From the NCBI RefSeq assembly GCF_024298765.1, contig NZ_CP101210.1: a stretch of DNA of 64,000 nt. One strand, given 5' to 3'. This document shows, in pieces, positions 8,576 through 19,478 of the stretch. The notes below the pieces were generated by a model, which ran no database searches, had not been told where the DNA came from, and was given only the letters and a program-made list of their open reading frames with translations. Each line of letters opens with the position of its first letter. Within the stretch, counting starts at the first letter, position 1. The stretch comes from Escherichia coli. GTDB taxonomy: Bacteria; Pseudomonadota; Gammaproteobacteria; Enterobacterales; Enterobacteriaceae. A program made the position numbers and the translations under genes.

Positions 8576-10403
8576 ATTTGAGCTTAAGGCGTTGATCACC
8601 GGTGTCGACAGGCTTTCTCCCGCGCTGTCGAAAATGCAAAAGAAAATACGGGGATTTAAACGCCAGGCGGAAGAAGCGTCACAGGGTGGGCTGGCGCTTT
8701 GTGGCGGACTGGCAGCGGGTCTGACGCTTTCCCTGAAATCTTATGCCGATCAGGAAAACGCCGCCACCGGGCTGAAAGTCGCCATGATGGATGCGAATGG
8801 CGAGGTTGGAAAGCGCTTTCAGGACATCAATAAACTGGCTATTGGCCTGGGTAACCAGCTTCCCGGTACAACGGCTGATTTCCAGAACATGATGCAGATG
8901 CTGGTGCGTCAGGGGATCCCGGCAGAAAACATTCTTGGCGGTGTGGGTAAAGCGACAGCTTATCTTGCGGTACAACTGAAAAAAACACCGGAAGCGGCTG
9001 CTGAGTTTGCTGCAAAGATGCAGGATGCTACCGGAACGGCGTCAGAAGACATGATGGGGCTGTTCGACACTATCCAGAAGGCGTTTTATCTGGGCGTTGA
9101 CGATACCAACATGTTGTCCTTCTTCACTAAAACCAGTTCTGTTCTGAAGATGGTGAACAAGGACGGTCTTCAGGCTGCACAGAGCCTTGCCCCCATCAGC
9201 GTCATGATGGATCAGATGGGGATGAACGGGGAGTCGGCAGGTAATGCCCTGCGAAAAGTTATCCAGTCCGGATTAAGCGTTAAGAAAATCAGGGACGTCA
9301 ATAAAATCATGGCCCGCCAGAAACTCGGGGTACAGCTCGATTTTACTGACGGCAAAGGAAGTTTTGGCGGTCTTGATAACATGTTCAGGCAACTGGCAAA
9401 GCTGCGAAAACTGACCGACGTTAAGCGAACAGGTGTACTTAAGGCAATATTTGGTGATGATGCCGAAACCCTTCAGGTGGTCAATGCACTAATCGATAAA
9501 GGAAAGGATGGCTACGATCAGATCCAGCAGAAGATGAATAAACAGGCCAGCCTGAATAAACGTGTTCAGGCCCAGCTTGGTACGCTGTCCAACCTGTGGG
9601 AGGCAATGACGGGGACCGCAACTAACGGCCTTGCGGCTATTGGCGGCGCATTTTCTGGTGACGCCAAAAATATCACGCAATGGCTGGGGGAGTTGGGGGA
9701 AAAATTCACGAAGTTTGCGGATGAAAATCCCCGGGTTATTCGCGGCGTCGTCGGGCTTGCTGCCGGTCTTGCGATTCTGAAACTGGGATTGATGGGCGTT
9801 GGCAGTGCCATCAGTATTGTCAGCAGGCTCATGTCGATGACGCCGATTGGCATGATTGCGACGGCGATAGCCCTGGCTGCGGGATTAATTATCACTAACT
9901 GGGATGTTGTCGGACCTTATTTTAAGAAACTCTGGGAAACCATTGGTCCTTATTTTGAGACTGGCTGGGAACTCCTTAAGAAAGTTTTTGCCTGGTCGCC
10001 GCTGGGGATGGTGATCAATAACTGGGGGCCGGTTGTTAAGTGGTTTCAGGATATGTGGGACAAGCTGAAGCCAATTATTGAGTGGTTTACCGACAGTTCC
10101 GGTGACACGGTCGATGCCATTAACTCGGCGCAGTGGGGGGCGGGTGCTTATGATGCTTATGGGACGGGAATACCGGCACGGGGATACACACCTTATCCGG
10201 CGGTAGATCCGGCTCAGTCAAACAACGCCTCCGATGCCACAGGCCCGAATCCCTTCATGATTAACAAAGCTTCTGCGCCAAAAGTTGATGGTGAGATCAA
10301 GGTCTCTTTTGTGAATTCGCCTCCGGGTATGCGGGTTATGGAAACGCGATCCAGCGGTTTTGATGTCAGCCATGATGTTGGCTATACGCGCTTTGGCAGG
10401 TAA
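8568..10403 (+). CDS. Tail tape measure protein
   Basis: 611 aa, helix-rich with hydrophobic segment near C-terminus; follows chaperone pair. Confidence 0.85.
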   Translation: MAEFELKALITGVDRLSPALSKMQKKIRGFKRQAEEASQGGLALCGGLAAGLTLSLKSYADQENAATGLKVAMMDANGEVGKRFQDINKLAIGLGNQLPGTTADFQNMMQMLVRQGIPAENILGGVGKATAYLAVQLKKTPEAAAEFAAKMQDATGTASEDMMGLFDTIQKAFYLGVDDTNMLSFFTKTSSVLKMVNKDGLQAAQSLAPISVMMDQMGMNGESAGNALRKVIQSGLSVKKIRDVNKIMARQKLGVQLDFTDGKGSFGGLDNMFRQLAKLRKLTDVKRTGVLKAIFGDDAETLQVVNALIDKGKDGYDQIQQKMNKQASLNKRVQAQLGTLSNLWEAMTGTATNGLAAIGGAFSGDAKNITQWLGELGEKFTKFADENPRVIRGVVGLAAGLAILKLGLMGVGSAISIVSRLMSMTPIGMIATAIALAAGLIITNWDVVGPYFKKLWETIGPYFETGWELLKKVFAWSPLGMVINNWGPVVKWFQDMWDKLKPIIEWFTDSSGDTVDAINSAQWGAGAYDAYGTGIPARGYTPYPAVDPAQSNNASDATGPNPFMINKASAPKVDGEIKVSFVNSPPGMRVMETRSSGFDVSHDVGYTRFGR

Positions 10404-10427
10404 TGAAAAATTAATCTGTTAATGAGT

Positions 10428-10448
10428 CCCACTCCGGTGGGATTTTTT
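10428..10448 (+). terminator. Short hairpin plus T-run between tape measure and baseplate genes (putative attenuating terminator)
   Basis: CCCAC-TCCG-GTGGG followed by ATTTTTTAT. Confidence 0.3.
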
Positions 10449-10463
10449 ATGTACGGAGTTTAT

Positions 10464-11792
10464 ATGACGTGGAAAGACAGACTTCAGGACGCGTCATTTC
10501 GCGGTGTGCCGTTTAAGGTTGAAGAAGAAAGTGCGGGAACCGGTCGTCGTGTGGAAACGCACGAATACCCGAACCGCGACAAACCCTATACCGAAGACCT
10601 GGGGAAAATCACTTTCCGCCCGTCCATCACAGCTTATGTGGTGGGAGATGACTGCTTTGACCAGCGCGATCGCCTGATTGACGCGCTGAATAAACCCGGT
10701 CCCGGCACGCTTGTCCATCCGACTTACGGTGAGCTGAAAGTCTGTGTTGACGGGGAAGTTCGGGTCAGCACATCGAAGAGTGAAGGGCGTATTGTCCGCT
10801 TTGACCTGAAGTTTGTCGAAGCGGGAGAACTCTCTTACCCCACTTCAGGTGCGGCGACGGCGCAGACGCTGATGTCATCCTGTTCTGCACTGGATGACTG
10901 CATCAGTGACAGCTTCAGTGGTTTCAGTATCGATGGCGTGGCAGATTTTGTGCAGAACGACGTCGTCGGTAATGCCGGCACAATGCTGGGGTATGTTTCT
11001 GATGCGATGAAAGTGGTGGATTCTGCCGTATCGGATGCCGCCAGGCTGTTGCAGGGGGATATCTCGGTACTTCTGCCGCCGCCATCGTCAGGCAAAAATT
11101 TCGTTGAGCAGGTGCAGAAAATGTGGCGTACCGGGAAACGCCTTTATGGTAACGCCAGCGACCTGGTCACCATGATCAAAACGCTTTCCGGTGTCAGCCT
11201 CGGCAGCGATCTGCAACCGCGCGGTGTCTGGAAAACGGACAGTAAAACCACCGCCACGGCGACGCAGCAGCGTAACGTGGTTGCCAGCATCCTTCGTACG
11301 ACCGCAATCAGCGAAGCGGCGTATGCCGTCACCCGATTGCCTGCGCCAACAACTTCCGCGGTGATGCAGAATGCCGCAGTGGGGCAGGCAACAACACCCG
11401 CGCAGAGCACTGGCTGGCCTTCCGTCACGCATCCGGCACTGAACAATGCACCGGCGGTGAAAAACACGGTTGACCTGCCGACGTGGGAAGAACTGACTGA
11501 CATTCGCGACACACTGAATACGGCAATTGATAAGGAGTTGTCCCGTACAACCAGTGATGCGCTGTTTCTGGCGCTGCGCCGGGTGAAAGCAGATCTGAAT
11601 GCGGATATCAACACGCGCCTTGAACAGTCTGCACGGATCATTCAGCGCACGCCGGATGAGGTTTTACCCGCGCTGGTGCTGGCGGCGACCTGGTTTGATA
11701 ACGCGGCGCGTGACGCGGACATTATCCGGCGTAATGCCATTACACATCCCGGCTTTGTGCCGGTGATCCCTCTGAAGGTGCCAGTGCAATGA
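10464..11792 (+). CDS. DNA circulation protein (Mu gp43-like)
   Basis: N-terminus MTWKDRLQDASFRGVPFKVEEE resembles the Mu gp43 family; ATG at 10464 chosen over ORF-track start 10422. Confidence 0.7.
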   Translation: MTWKDRLQDASFRGVPFKVEEESAGTGRRVETHEYPNRDKPYTEDLGKITFRPSITAYVVGDDCFDQRDRLIDALNKPGPGTLVHPTYGELKVCVDGEVRVSTSKSEGRIVRFDLKFVEAGELSYPTSGAATAQTLMSSCSALDDCISDSFSGFSIDGVADFVQNDVVGNAGTMLGYVSDAMKVVDSAVSDAARLLQGDISVLLPPPSSGKNFVEQVQKMWRTGKRLYGNASDLVTMIKTLSGVSLGSDLQPRGVWKTDSKTTATATQQRNVVASILRTTAISEAAYAVTRLPAPTTSAVMQNAAVGQATTPAQSTGWPSVTHPALNNAPAVKNTVDLPTWEELTDIRDTLNTAIDKELSRTTSDALFLALRRVKADLNADINTRLEQSARIIQRTPDEVLPALVLAATWFDNAARDADIIRRNAITHPGFVPVIPLKVPVQ

Positions 11793-12868
11793 ACGACAAT
11801 GTCACGCTACGGGTAAATGGCCGGGAGTGGAATGGCTGGACATCGGTGCGCATCGGTGCCGGTATTGAACGGCTGGCGCGGGATTTCAGTGTGGAGATCA
11901 CTCGCCAGTGGCCGGGAGATGAGGGTATCACCACGCTTCAGCCGCGCATTAAAAACGGTTCAAAAGTGGAAGTGCTGATTGGTGATGAGCTGGTGATCAC
12001 CGGCTGGGTGGAGGCGACTCCCGTTCGTTACGATGCCCGTTCGGTCAGCACCGGTATTGCCGGACGTAGTCTGACGGCTGACCTGATTGACTGTGCAGCC
12101 GAACCGACACAGTTTAACGGACGCTCGCTGGTGCAGATTGCGCAGGCGCTTGCTGCGCCTTTCGGCATTGAGGTGGTGAACAGCGGTGCGCCGTCGGGTG
12201 TTATTCCTGATGTTCAGCCTGATCACGGTGAAACGGTGATTGAGGTGATCAACAAAATACTCGGTCAGCAGCAGGCGCTGGCTTACGACGACCCGCACGG
12301 CAGGCTGGTGATTGGCGGTATTGGCTCAACGCGGGCACATACCGCGCTGGTACTTGGGGAAAACATCCTTTCCTGTGATACGGAGAAGAGTATCCGGGAG
12401 CGGTTTTCTGTTTACCAGGTGGCGGGGCAGCGTGCCGGAAACGACGATGATTTCGGTGAGGCCACCACCACCGCGCTGCGGGCACGCACAGAGGACGCAT
12501 TTATTGCCCGTTACCGTCCGATGTATATCAGGCAGACAGGGCAGGCCACGGGGGCAGGTTGTATTGCGCGTGCTGACTTTGAAGCCCGACAACGGGCGGC
12601 GCGGACGGATGAAACCACCTATGTGGTGCAGGGCTGGCGACAGGGTAACGGTACGCTGTGGCAGCCCAACCAGCGGGTGATTGTCTTCGATCCGGTCTGT
12701 GGTTTCGACAATACCGAACTGCTTGTCTCGGAAGTCACGTTTACTCAGGACCAGAACGGCACCCTGACGGAAATCCGTGTCGGCCCACCTGATGCTTATC
12801 TGCCTGAACCCGAAGCCCCCGGCGCGCGGAAAAAGAAAAAAGCCAGAGTACAGGAGGACCCGTTCTGA
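11789..12868 (+). CDS. Baseplate hub protein (Mu gp44 / P-like)
   Basis: 359 aa; order after DNA circulation protein as in Mu-type tails. Confidence 0.7.
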   Translation: MNDNVTLRVNGREWNGWTSVRIGAGIERLARDFSVEITRQWPGDEGITTLQPRIKNGSKVEVLIGDELVITGWVEATPVRYDARSVSTGIAGRSLTADLIDCAAEPTQFNGRSLVQIAQALAAPFGIEVVNSGAPSGVIPDVQPDHGETVIEVINKILGQQQALAYDDPHGRLVIGGIGSTRAHTALVLGENILSCDTEKSIRERFSVYQVAGQRAGNDDDFGEATTTALRARTEDAFIARYRPMYIRQTGQATGAGCIARADFEARQRAARTDETTYVVQGWRQGNGTLWQPNQRVIVFDPVCGFDNTELLVSEVTFTQDQNGTLTEIRVGPPDAYLPEPEAPGARKKKKARVQEDPF

Positions 12869-13416
12869 TGAGGACGATTGAAGCCATGCAGCGACAACTC
12901 CTCGGCCTGATTGGGCGGGCCGTGGTGAAAAGCATCAGTGCCGCCACGAAATGTCAGACCGTGGATGTGTCCCTGATTGCCGGTGAACCCAAAGCCGGGG
13001 TTGAACATCTTGAACCCTACGGTTTTACCGCAAGGGCAAACAGCGGTGCGGAAGCGGTGGTGTTGTTTCCGGATGGCGACCGTTCTCATGCGGTGGTTGT
13101 TACGGTGTCGGACCGGCGCTACCGCCTGAAAGGGCTGCAGACGGGTGAGGTGGCTGTCTATGACGATCAGGGGCAGTCCGTGACGCTGACCCGGGAGGGG
13201 ATCGTGGTGGACGGTGCAGGTAAAACGATCACGTTTCGCAATTCACCTAAAGCACGTTTTGAAATGGACCTGGAAGTGACAGGACAGGTGAAAGACCTGT
13301 GCGACTCCAGCGGCACTACCATGTCAGCGATGCGGCTTGCCTATAACGGGCATCGTCACAGAGAGAACGGTCAGGGCAGTAACACCGACAAACCGGATAA
13401 AGCGATGGAGGCATGA
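12868..13416 (+). CDS. Baseplate spike/assembly protein (gpV / Mu gp45-like)
   Basis: 182 aa; position and coupling within baseplate cluster. Confidence 0.65.
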   Translation: MRTIEAMQRQLLGLIGRAVVKSISAATKCQTVDVSLIAGEPKAGVEHLEPYGFTARANSGAEAVVLFPDGDRSHAVVVTVSDRRYRLKGLQTGEVAVYDDQGQSVTLTREGIVVDGAGKTITFRNSPKARFEMDLEVTGQVKDLCDSSGTTMSAMRLAYNGHRHRENGQGSNTDKPDKAMEA

Positions 13417-13841
13417 TGGAACTGTGGCTGACGGTGAACGGTAAACGCACCTGCGCCAGCGCACCGCTGGATCCGCTGACCCGCGCCGTGGTGATTTCCC
13501 TGTTTACCTGGCGGCGGGCGGAGCCTGATGACAACGCCGACGTCCCGATGGGATGGTGGGGGGATACCTGGCCTGCGGTACAGAATGACCGTTACGGCTC
13601 CCGACTGTGGCTGCTTCAGCGCAGCAAACTGACCAATCAGCTGGTGCAGACAGTAAGGGGGTATATCCGCGAATGCCTGCAATGGATGATTGATGACGGC
13701 GTGGTGTCCCGTATTGATCTGGATATCCGCCGCACCGGGATTAATGAGCTGGGTAACAGTATCACCCTCTGGCGTCGTGACGGACCGGTAATGATTTCTT
13801 TTGATGATCTGTGGAGTGCGATAACGCATGGCGGACAGTGA
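13413..13841 (+). CDS. Baseplate wedge protein (Mu gp46 / gpW-like)
   Basis: 142 aa; position within baseplate cluster. Confidence 0.6.
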   Translation: MMELWLTVNGKRTCASAPLDPLTRAVVISLFTWRRAEPDDNADVPMGWWGDTWPAVQNDRYGSRLWLLQRSKLTNQLVQTVRGYIRECLQWMIDDGVVSRIDLDIRRTGINELGNSITLWRRDGPVMISFDDLWSAITHGGQ

Positions 13842-14886
13842 ATTTCAGCGCCCGACGCTGGCAGAAAATATCAGTATGCTCCGTAACGATTTATTCGCCA
13901 GGCTGGACGTCAGCGACACGCTCCGGCGCATGGATGAAGACGTGCGGGCAAAGGTGTATGCGGCGGCGCTGCATACGGTTTACGGTTACATCGATTATCT
14001 GGCAATGAACATGCTGCCTGATCTGTGCGATGAGTCCTGGCTGGCGCGACATGCTGCGATGAAACGGTGTCCGCGCAAGGGGGCCACGGCTGCCAGCGGG
14101 TATATGCGCTGGGAAGGTGTCAGCGATGGCCTGAAGGTGACCGCCGGGAGTGTTATTCAGCGCGATGACCTGGTTCAGTACACGGCAACTGCCGATGCAA
14201 CCAGCACTGGTGGTGTCCTGCGTGTGCCGATCACTTGCTCAACTACAGGCGCGGTCGGTAACGCTGACGACGGTACGGCATTAATCCTGGTCACACCGGT
14301 GAATGGTCTGCCGTCTTCCGGTGTGGCTGACACCCTGACAGGCGGATTTGATACTGAAGAGCTGGAAACGTGGCGCGCCCGCGTCATTGAGCGGTATTAC
14401 TGGACGCCTCAGGGCGGGGCTGACGGGGACTATGTCGTCTGGGCTAAAGAAGTGCCCGGCATTACCCGCGCATGGACATACCGACACTGGATGGGAACGG
14501 GGACTGTCGGTGTGATGATTGCCAGCAGTGACCTGATTAATCCCATTCCGGAAGAGTCAACGGAAACGGCGGCAAGACAACATATCGAGCCACTGGCCCC
14601 GGTGGCAGGCTCTGATTTGTATGTATTCAGGCCGGTGGCGCATAAAGTGGATTTTCATATCCGCGTGACGCCGGACACACCGGAAATACGGGCTGCCATC
14701 ACCGCCGAGTTGCGTTCGTTCCTGCTGCGTGATGGTTATCCGCAGGGAGAACTGAAGGTGTCACGTATCAGTGAAGCGATTTCCGGTGCGAACGGGGAAT
14801 ACAGCCATCAGTTGCTTGCACCGGCAGACAATATCGCCATTGCAAAAAATGAACTGGCGGTACTGGGGACGATTTCATGGACGTGA
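13828..14886 (+). CDS. Baseplate J-like protein (Mu gp47-like)
   Basis: 352 aa; position within baseplate cluster. Confidence 0.75.
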   Translation: MADSEFQRPTLAENISMLRNDLFARLDVSDTLRRMDEDVRAKVYAAALHTVYGYIDYLAMNMLPDLCDESWLARHAAMKRCPRKGATAASGYMRWEGVSDGLKVTAGSVIQRDDLVQYTATADATSTGGVLRVPITCSTTGAVGNADDGTALILVTPVNGLPSSGVADTLTGGFDTEELETWRARVIERYYWTPQGGADGDYVVWAKEVPGITRAWTYRHWMGTGTVGVMIASSDLINPIPEESTETAARQHIEPLAPVAGSDLYVFRPVAHKVDFHIRVTPDTPEIRAAITAELRSFLLRDGYPQGELKVSRISEAISGANGEYSHQLLAPADNIAIAKNELAVLGTISWT

Positions 14887-15461
14887 CAAACGATGATTAC
14901 ATCCGTCTGTTGTCGGCACTGTTGCCCCCCGGTCCGGCGTGGTCAGCCAGCGATCCGGCGATTGCCGGTGCGGCACCGTCATTAACCCGCGTTCATCAGC
15001 GTGCGGATGCCCTGATGCGGGAGCTGGATCCGCGCACTACCACTGAACTGATAAACCGCTGGGAGCGTCTGTGCGGTCTGCCGGATGAATGTATTCCCGC
15101 AGGGACACAGACCCTTCGCCAGCGTCAGCAACGGCTGGATGCGAAGGTTAACCTGTCGGGTGGCATCAACGAGGATTTTTATCTTGCACAGCTTGCTGCC
15201 CTGGGCAGACCAGATGCCACCATCACGCGATACGACAAAAGCACGTTCACCTGCTCATCGGCCTGTACTGACGCTGTGAACGCGCCTGAATGGCGGTATT
15301 ACTGGCAGGTCAACATGCCAGCCGCCACCAACACCACCTGGATGACATGTGGCGATCCCTGTGATTCCGCACTGCGTATCTGGGGCGACACCGTTGTCGA
15401 GTGTGTGCTTAACAAACTCTGCCCGTCGCATACCTACGTAATTTTTAAATATCCGGAGTAA
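14877..15461 (+). CDS. Tail protein, Mu gp48 / YmfQ-like
   Basis: 194 aa, same size and position as e14 YmfQ immediately upstream of the tail-fibre genes. Confidence 0.65.
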   Translation: MDVTNDDYIRLLSALLPPGPAWSASDPAIAGAAPSLTRVHQRADALMRELDPRTTTELINRWERLCGLPDECIPAGTQTLRQRQQRLDAKVNLSGGINEDFYLAQLAALGRPDATITRYDKSTFTCSSACTDAVNAPEWRYYWQVNMPAATNTTWMTCGDPCDSALRIWGDTVVECVLNKLCPSHTYVIFKYPE

Positions 15462-15464
15462 TCC

Positions 15465-16115
15465 ATGCATCGTATAGACACGAAAACCGCGCAGAAGGAT
15501 AAGTTCGGCGCGGGTAAGAACGGTTTTACCCGTGGTAACCCCCAGACCGGCACGCCTGCCACCGATCTGGATGATGACTACTTTGACATGTTGCAGGAGG
15601 AGCTTTGCAGCGTTGTGGAGGCGTCCGGTGCCAGCCTGGAGAAGGGGCGGCACGACCAGCTGCTTACCGCGCTTCGTGCGCTGCTGTTAAGCCGCAAGAA
15701 TCCGTTTGGTGATATCAAATCGGATGGCACGGTGAAAACGGCTCTCGAAAACCTTGGTTTGGGAGAAGCGGCGAAAAGGGATGTGGGCACAGGAGAAAAT
15801 CAGATACCGGATATGTCAGCCTGGAAAAGAAATCCGAGTTCTAATCGCTGGAGAAAATTGCCTGATGGAACCATCATTCAAATGGGAATATCAGCATCAG
15901 GGCCATTAGGCTCACCTGTAAATATCACCCTGCCGATATCTTTCAGCAATACCAATTATTGTGTTGTTGCATCGTACGATAATGCACGGTCAGGTGTGTC
16001 AACAATGGTTAGTTTTGCAGCGTTACCTGTTTCACCATCGCAATTTTCCCTGATGTCATCTGTGACTGAGCAAGGAATAAATCCTTTTGCTTACTGGATT
16101 GCTTTTGGAGATTAA
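15465..16115 (+). CDS. Side tail fibre protein (constant N-terminus fused to currently expressed variable C-terminus)
   Basis: 216 aa; invertase crossover site lies inside the gene at 15742..15767 (codons for LENLGLGE); sequence after the site is noticeably more AT-rich. Confidence 0.75.
   Translation: MHRIDTKTAQKDKFGAGKNGFTRGNPQTGTPATDLDDDYFDMLQEELCSVVEASGASLEKGRHDQLLTALRALLLSRKNPFGDIKSDGTVKTALENLGLGEAAKRDVGTGENQIPDMSAWKRNPSSNRWRKLPDGTIIQMGISASGPLGSPVNITLPISFSNTNYCVVASYDNARSGVSTMVSFAALPVSPSQFSLMSSVTEQGINPFAYWIAFGD
15742..15767. repeat. Invertase crossover site (left), gix/pix-like 26-bp site
   Basis: CTCTCGAAAACCTTGGTTTGGGAGAA; its 14-bp arm TTGGTTTGGGAGAA is the exact inverted copy of 17607..17620. 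Confidence 0.6.
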
Positions 16116-16118
16116 TAA

Positions 16119-16538
16119 ATGGATAGATACTTCTATTCACAAAAAGAAAATGGTTTTTTTACCGATTTAAATAAAGCACCTTCAGATGCTGTTGAGATAA
16201 CCACGGATGAATGGCTGTTACTACTGGATGGTCAGGATAATGGCATGAAAATAGTCAGCAATCAGGAGGGATATCCGGTTTTGACAGAGCAACCACCTTT
16301 ATCAAAAGAAAACCTTATTGCATTGGCGGATTTGAAAAAAAGAAAACTTATTAATGAAGCCAACGAGCACATGAACAGCAGACAATGGCCAGGTAAAGCG
16401 GCGATTGGTCGCCTGAAAGGTGAGGAACTGGCGCAATATAATTTGTGGCTGGATTATCTGGACGCACTGGAACTGGTCGATACTTCCGGTGCGCCAGATA
16501 TTGAATGGCCTACGCCTCCGGCAGTTCAGGCCAGATGA
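16119..16538 (+). CDS. Tail fibre assembly protein (expressed orientation)
   Basis: 139 aa directly after the fibre gene; AT-rich like the expressed fibre C-terminus. Confidence 0.75.
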   Translation: MDRYFYSQKENGFFTDLNKAPSDAVEITTDEWLLLLDGQDNGMKIVSNQEGYPVLTEQPPLSKENLIALADLKKRKLINEANEHMNSRQWPGKAAIGRLKGEELAQYNLWLDYLDALELVDTSGAPDIEWPTPPAVQAR

Positions 16539-17115
16539 CGTCCGGCGCGGTGCTGGTATCTGTTGCCGTCACCGCGTCAATGTAATCCAGCACAGCGTTA
16601 AGTCGGGTGTTTTCTGTCTGCATCAGCTTCCGCCCGGCCTGCAATTTCAGTTGAATCAGACTAATGGAAGCCATTGCAGTATCAATCAGTGACTGACGCT
16701 GTGCTTCTGCCGCGTCTACTGCGGCGCTATGCTGTGCCTCAGTATCGGTCACCCATTTCTCACCATCCCATTTATCGTATGGCGTTAATGGGGCGATAGT
16801 GGTTGTATTTTCAGGGTAATCACCCGGAACTGTGATTTCTTTGGTATCTCCCGTTTCGGTACTATAGACAACTTCACCGCGATGGTCTGGCACATATTCC
16901 CATGAATTTAAATCTACAGAGCGACAGATTGCATAACCAGCTTTATGTGTACCTGGTGCATCCAAACAGGAACATGCCGGGATACCGACGCCGACAGCGA
17001 GATATTCAGTTGATGTAGAAATATATTCCCGCGTTTCACCATCATAATTATAAACGGTAATATCTCCCGCTTTTATGGCAATGAGTTCGCTATTTAATAC
17101 AGCTTTATTCATCAT
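16510..17115 (-). CDS. Tail fibre assembly protein (alternative, expressed after inversion)
   Basis: 201 aa on opposite strand, converging on and overlapping the 3' end of the other assembly gene. Confidence 0.75.
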   Translation of the reverse strand: MMNKAVLNSELIAIKAGDITVYNYDGETREYISTSTEYLAVGVGIPACSCLDAPGTHKAGYAICRSVDLNSWEYVPDHRGEVVYSTETGDTKEITVPGDYPENTTTIAPLTPYDKWDGEKWVTDTEAQHSAAVDAAEAQRQSLIDTAMASISLIQLKLQAGRKLMQTENTRLNAVLDYIDAVTATDTSTAPDVIWPELPEA

Positions 17116-17632
17116 GCGGCCCTCACAATATAATTAAAAGCGATGTTACGAGGACGAGTTTCTGTACCTACATTTTCACTAATTTCACCATAACGTTTAA
17201 CACTACGAGAGCTAATAGCTCGTAGTGAGGAAGGCACCTTAAGACCGGGTTCGTCCGTTTTAACTATTCCCCCGTCACCGTATGTAGCCAGTATTCCTGG
17301 GTTTACTCCTTCCCGTGCACTTCCTGCGGCGAGTCCGTCCCCTGTCCATAATTCCATATAGTGTGCATGGTCCAAAATTGTGTGTGGCTGCCAATTAAGC
17401 AAAGCGCGACCAGTATCAATCCCGCGACCGTCATCCCAGCCACGAATAAATTCACCGCGTAAATCAGGCAATTTATTGGTCGGGTAAGCCTTTGCCAGTT
17501 CCGGGTATTCTTCAGCAGAAAAAGCCGCACCGTTGCATTTCAGCCAGCCTGTTGGCGGAGTGGCGGAAGGCCACGGAACAGGCACACCAACGGGTAATGC
17601 CGAACCTTCTCCCAAACCAACGTTTATGAAAA
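17112..17632 (-). CDS. Alternative tail-fibre variable C-terminal segment (silent in this orientation)
   Basis: Minus-strand ORF 17112..17660 reads through the right crossover site; contains the conserved fibre motif PWPSATPPTGWLKCNGAAF...YPELAKAYP; would fuse to the constant N-terminus on inversion. Confidence 0.65.
17607..17632. repeat. Invertase crossover site (right), gix/pix-like 26-bp site
   Basis: TTCTCCCAAACCAACGTTTATGAAAA, about 55 bp upstream of the invertase start. Confidence 0.6.
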
Positions 17633-17686
17633 TGCAGAAATAACGAGCAAATGGCATCATTCCTGCTTTTGTCAGGGAGATCTACC

Positions 17687-18241
17687 ATGCTTATTGGCTA
17701 TGTACGTGTGTCAACAAATGACCAGAACACAGATCTACAGCGTAATGCGCTGAACTGTGCAGGATGCGAGCTGATTTTTGAAGACAAGATAAGCGGTACA
17801 AAGTCTGAAAGGCCGGGACTGAAAAAACTGCTCAGGACATTATCGGAAGGTGACACTCTGGTTGTCTGGAAGCTGGATCGGCTGGGGCGTAGTATGCGGC
17901 ATCTGGTCATTCTGGTTGAGGAGTTGCGCGAACGTGGCGTTAATTTTCGCAGCCTGACGGATGCTATTGATACCAGCACACCGATGGGGCGTTTTTTCTT
18001 TCATGTGATGGGTGCCCTAGCTGAAATGGAACGAGAACTGATTGTTGAACGAACAAAAGCTGGACTGGAAGCTGCTCGCGCACAGGGACGAATTGGTGGA
18101 CGTCGTCCCAAACTTACACCAGAACAATGGGCGCAGGCTGGGCGATTAATTGCATCAGGCGTTCCTCGCCAGAAGGTGGCGATCATCTATGATGTTGGTA
18201 TATCGACACTGTATAAGAAGTTTTCGGTCGGAGATAAATGA
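17687..18241 (+). CDS. pin: Serine DNA invertase, Pin/Gin/Cin family
   Basis: MLIGYVRVSTNDQ active-site serine motif at N-terminus, C-terminal HTH; very close to e14 PinE as recalled; ATG at 17687 inside ORF-track 17651..18241. Confidence 0.9.
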   Translation: MLIGYVRVSTNDQNTDLQRNALNCAGCELIFEDKISGTKSERPGLKKLLRTLSEGDTLVVWKLDRLGRSMRHLVILVEELRERGVNFRSLTDAIDTSTPMGRFFFHVMGALAEMERELIVERTKAGLEAARAQGRIGGRRPKLTPEQWAQAGRLIASGVPRQKVAIIYDVGISTLYKKFSVGDK

Positions 18242-18298
18242 AACCGTAGCACGTCGTATGCAAGATCGTGCTGCGGTTTATGCTTATCACTTAAAGAC

Positions 18299-19117
<819 letters not shown>

Positions 19118-19478
19118 TCATTGCAAGGGCTCACAACCAGTAGTGTTGAGAAAACCATCGGAGAAATGAGGCTAAGCCTTTGAATTTACATAGTACAAAA
19201 AAGATACTTTTCCTCATAATGTGAGCTAATTTTATGTTTCGTTTGATGATTGGACCGGTCTCGAAAACCGTAGACACATAGTATGCGTTAATTTATGAAC
19301 AAACTACTTGTCTGCTGTTTTTCTGTCATTAGTCGTATATAGAATGATTCTCTATGCCTAACAAAGCATCACCAGTGCTAGATTACGTTGTAGTCACTGT
19401 TTAAATATCCAGATAAAACATTTCCTTCTGGGTTGAATGAGTGATAAAGTTTCACCCATTAGACCCCTTGGAGGAATT

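Larger units (their letters stand above)
15755..17620. other. Invertible tail-fibre segment (G/P-segment-like, about 1.9 kb)
   Basis: Bounded by inverted crossover sites; contains two convergent fibre-assembly genes and a promoterless alternative fibre C-terminus; invertase gene immediately adjacent. Confidence 0.6.

Noticed and set aside
17112-17660. Minus-strand ORF 17112..17660 as an independent complete gene
   Set aside because: Its first ~14 codons run through the invertase crossover site and have no promoter or RBS context; interpreted as the silent alternative fibre C-terminus expressed only after inversion.
14877-18241. Possibility that this is the e14 element itself
   Set aside because: Gene order from ymfQ-like through pin matches e14, but e14 sits in icd, is degenerate and carries mcrA; here the element abuts ssrA, has a complete head and tail module and carries different cargo. 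Treated as an e14/SfV-like relative.
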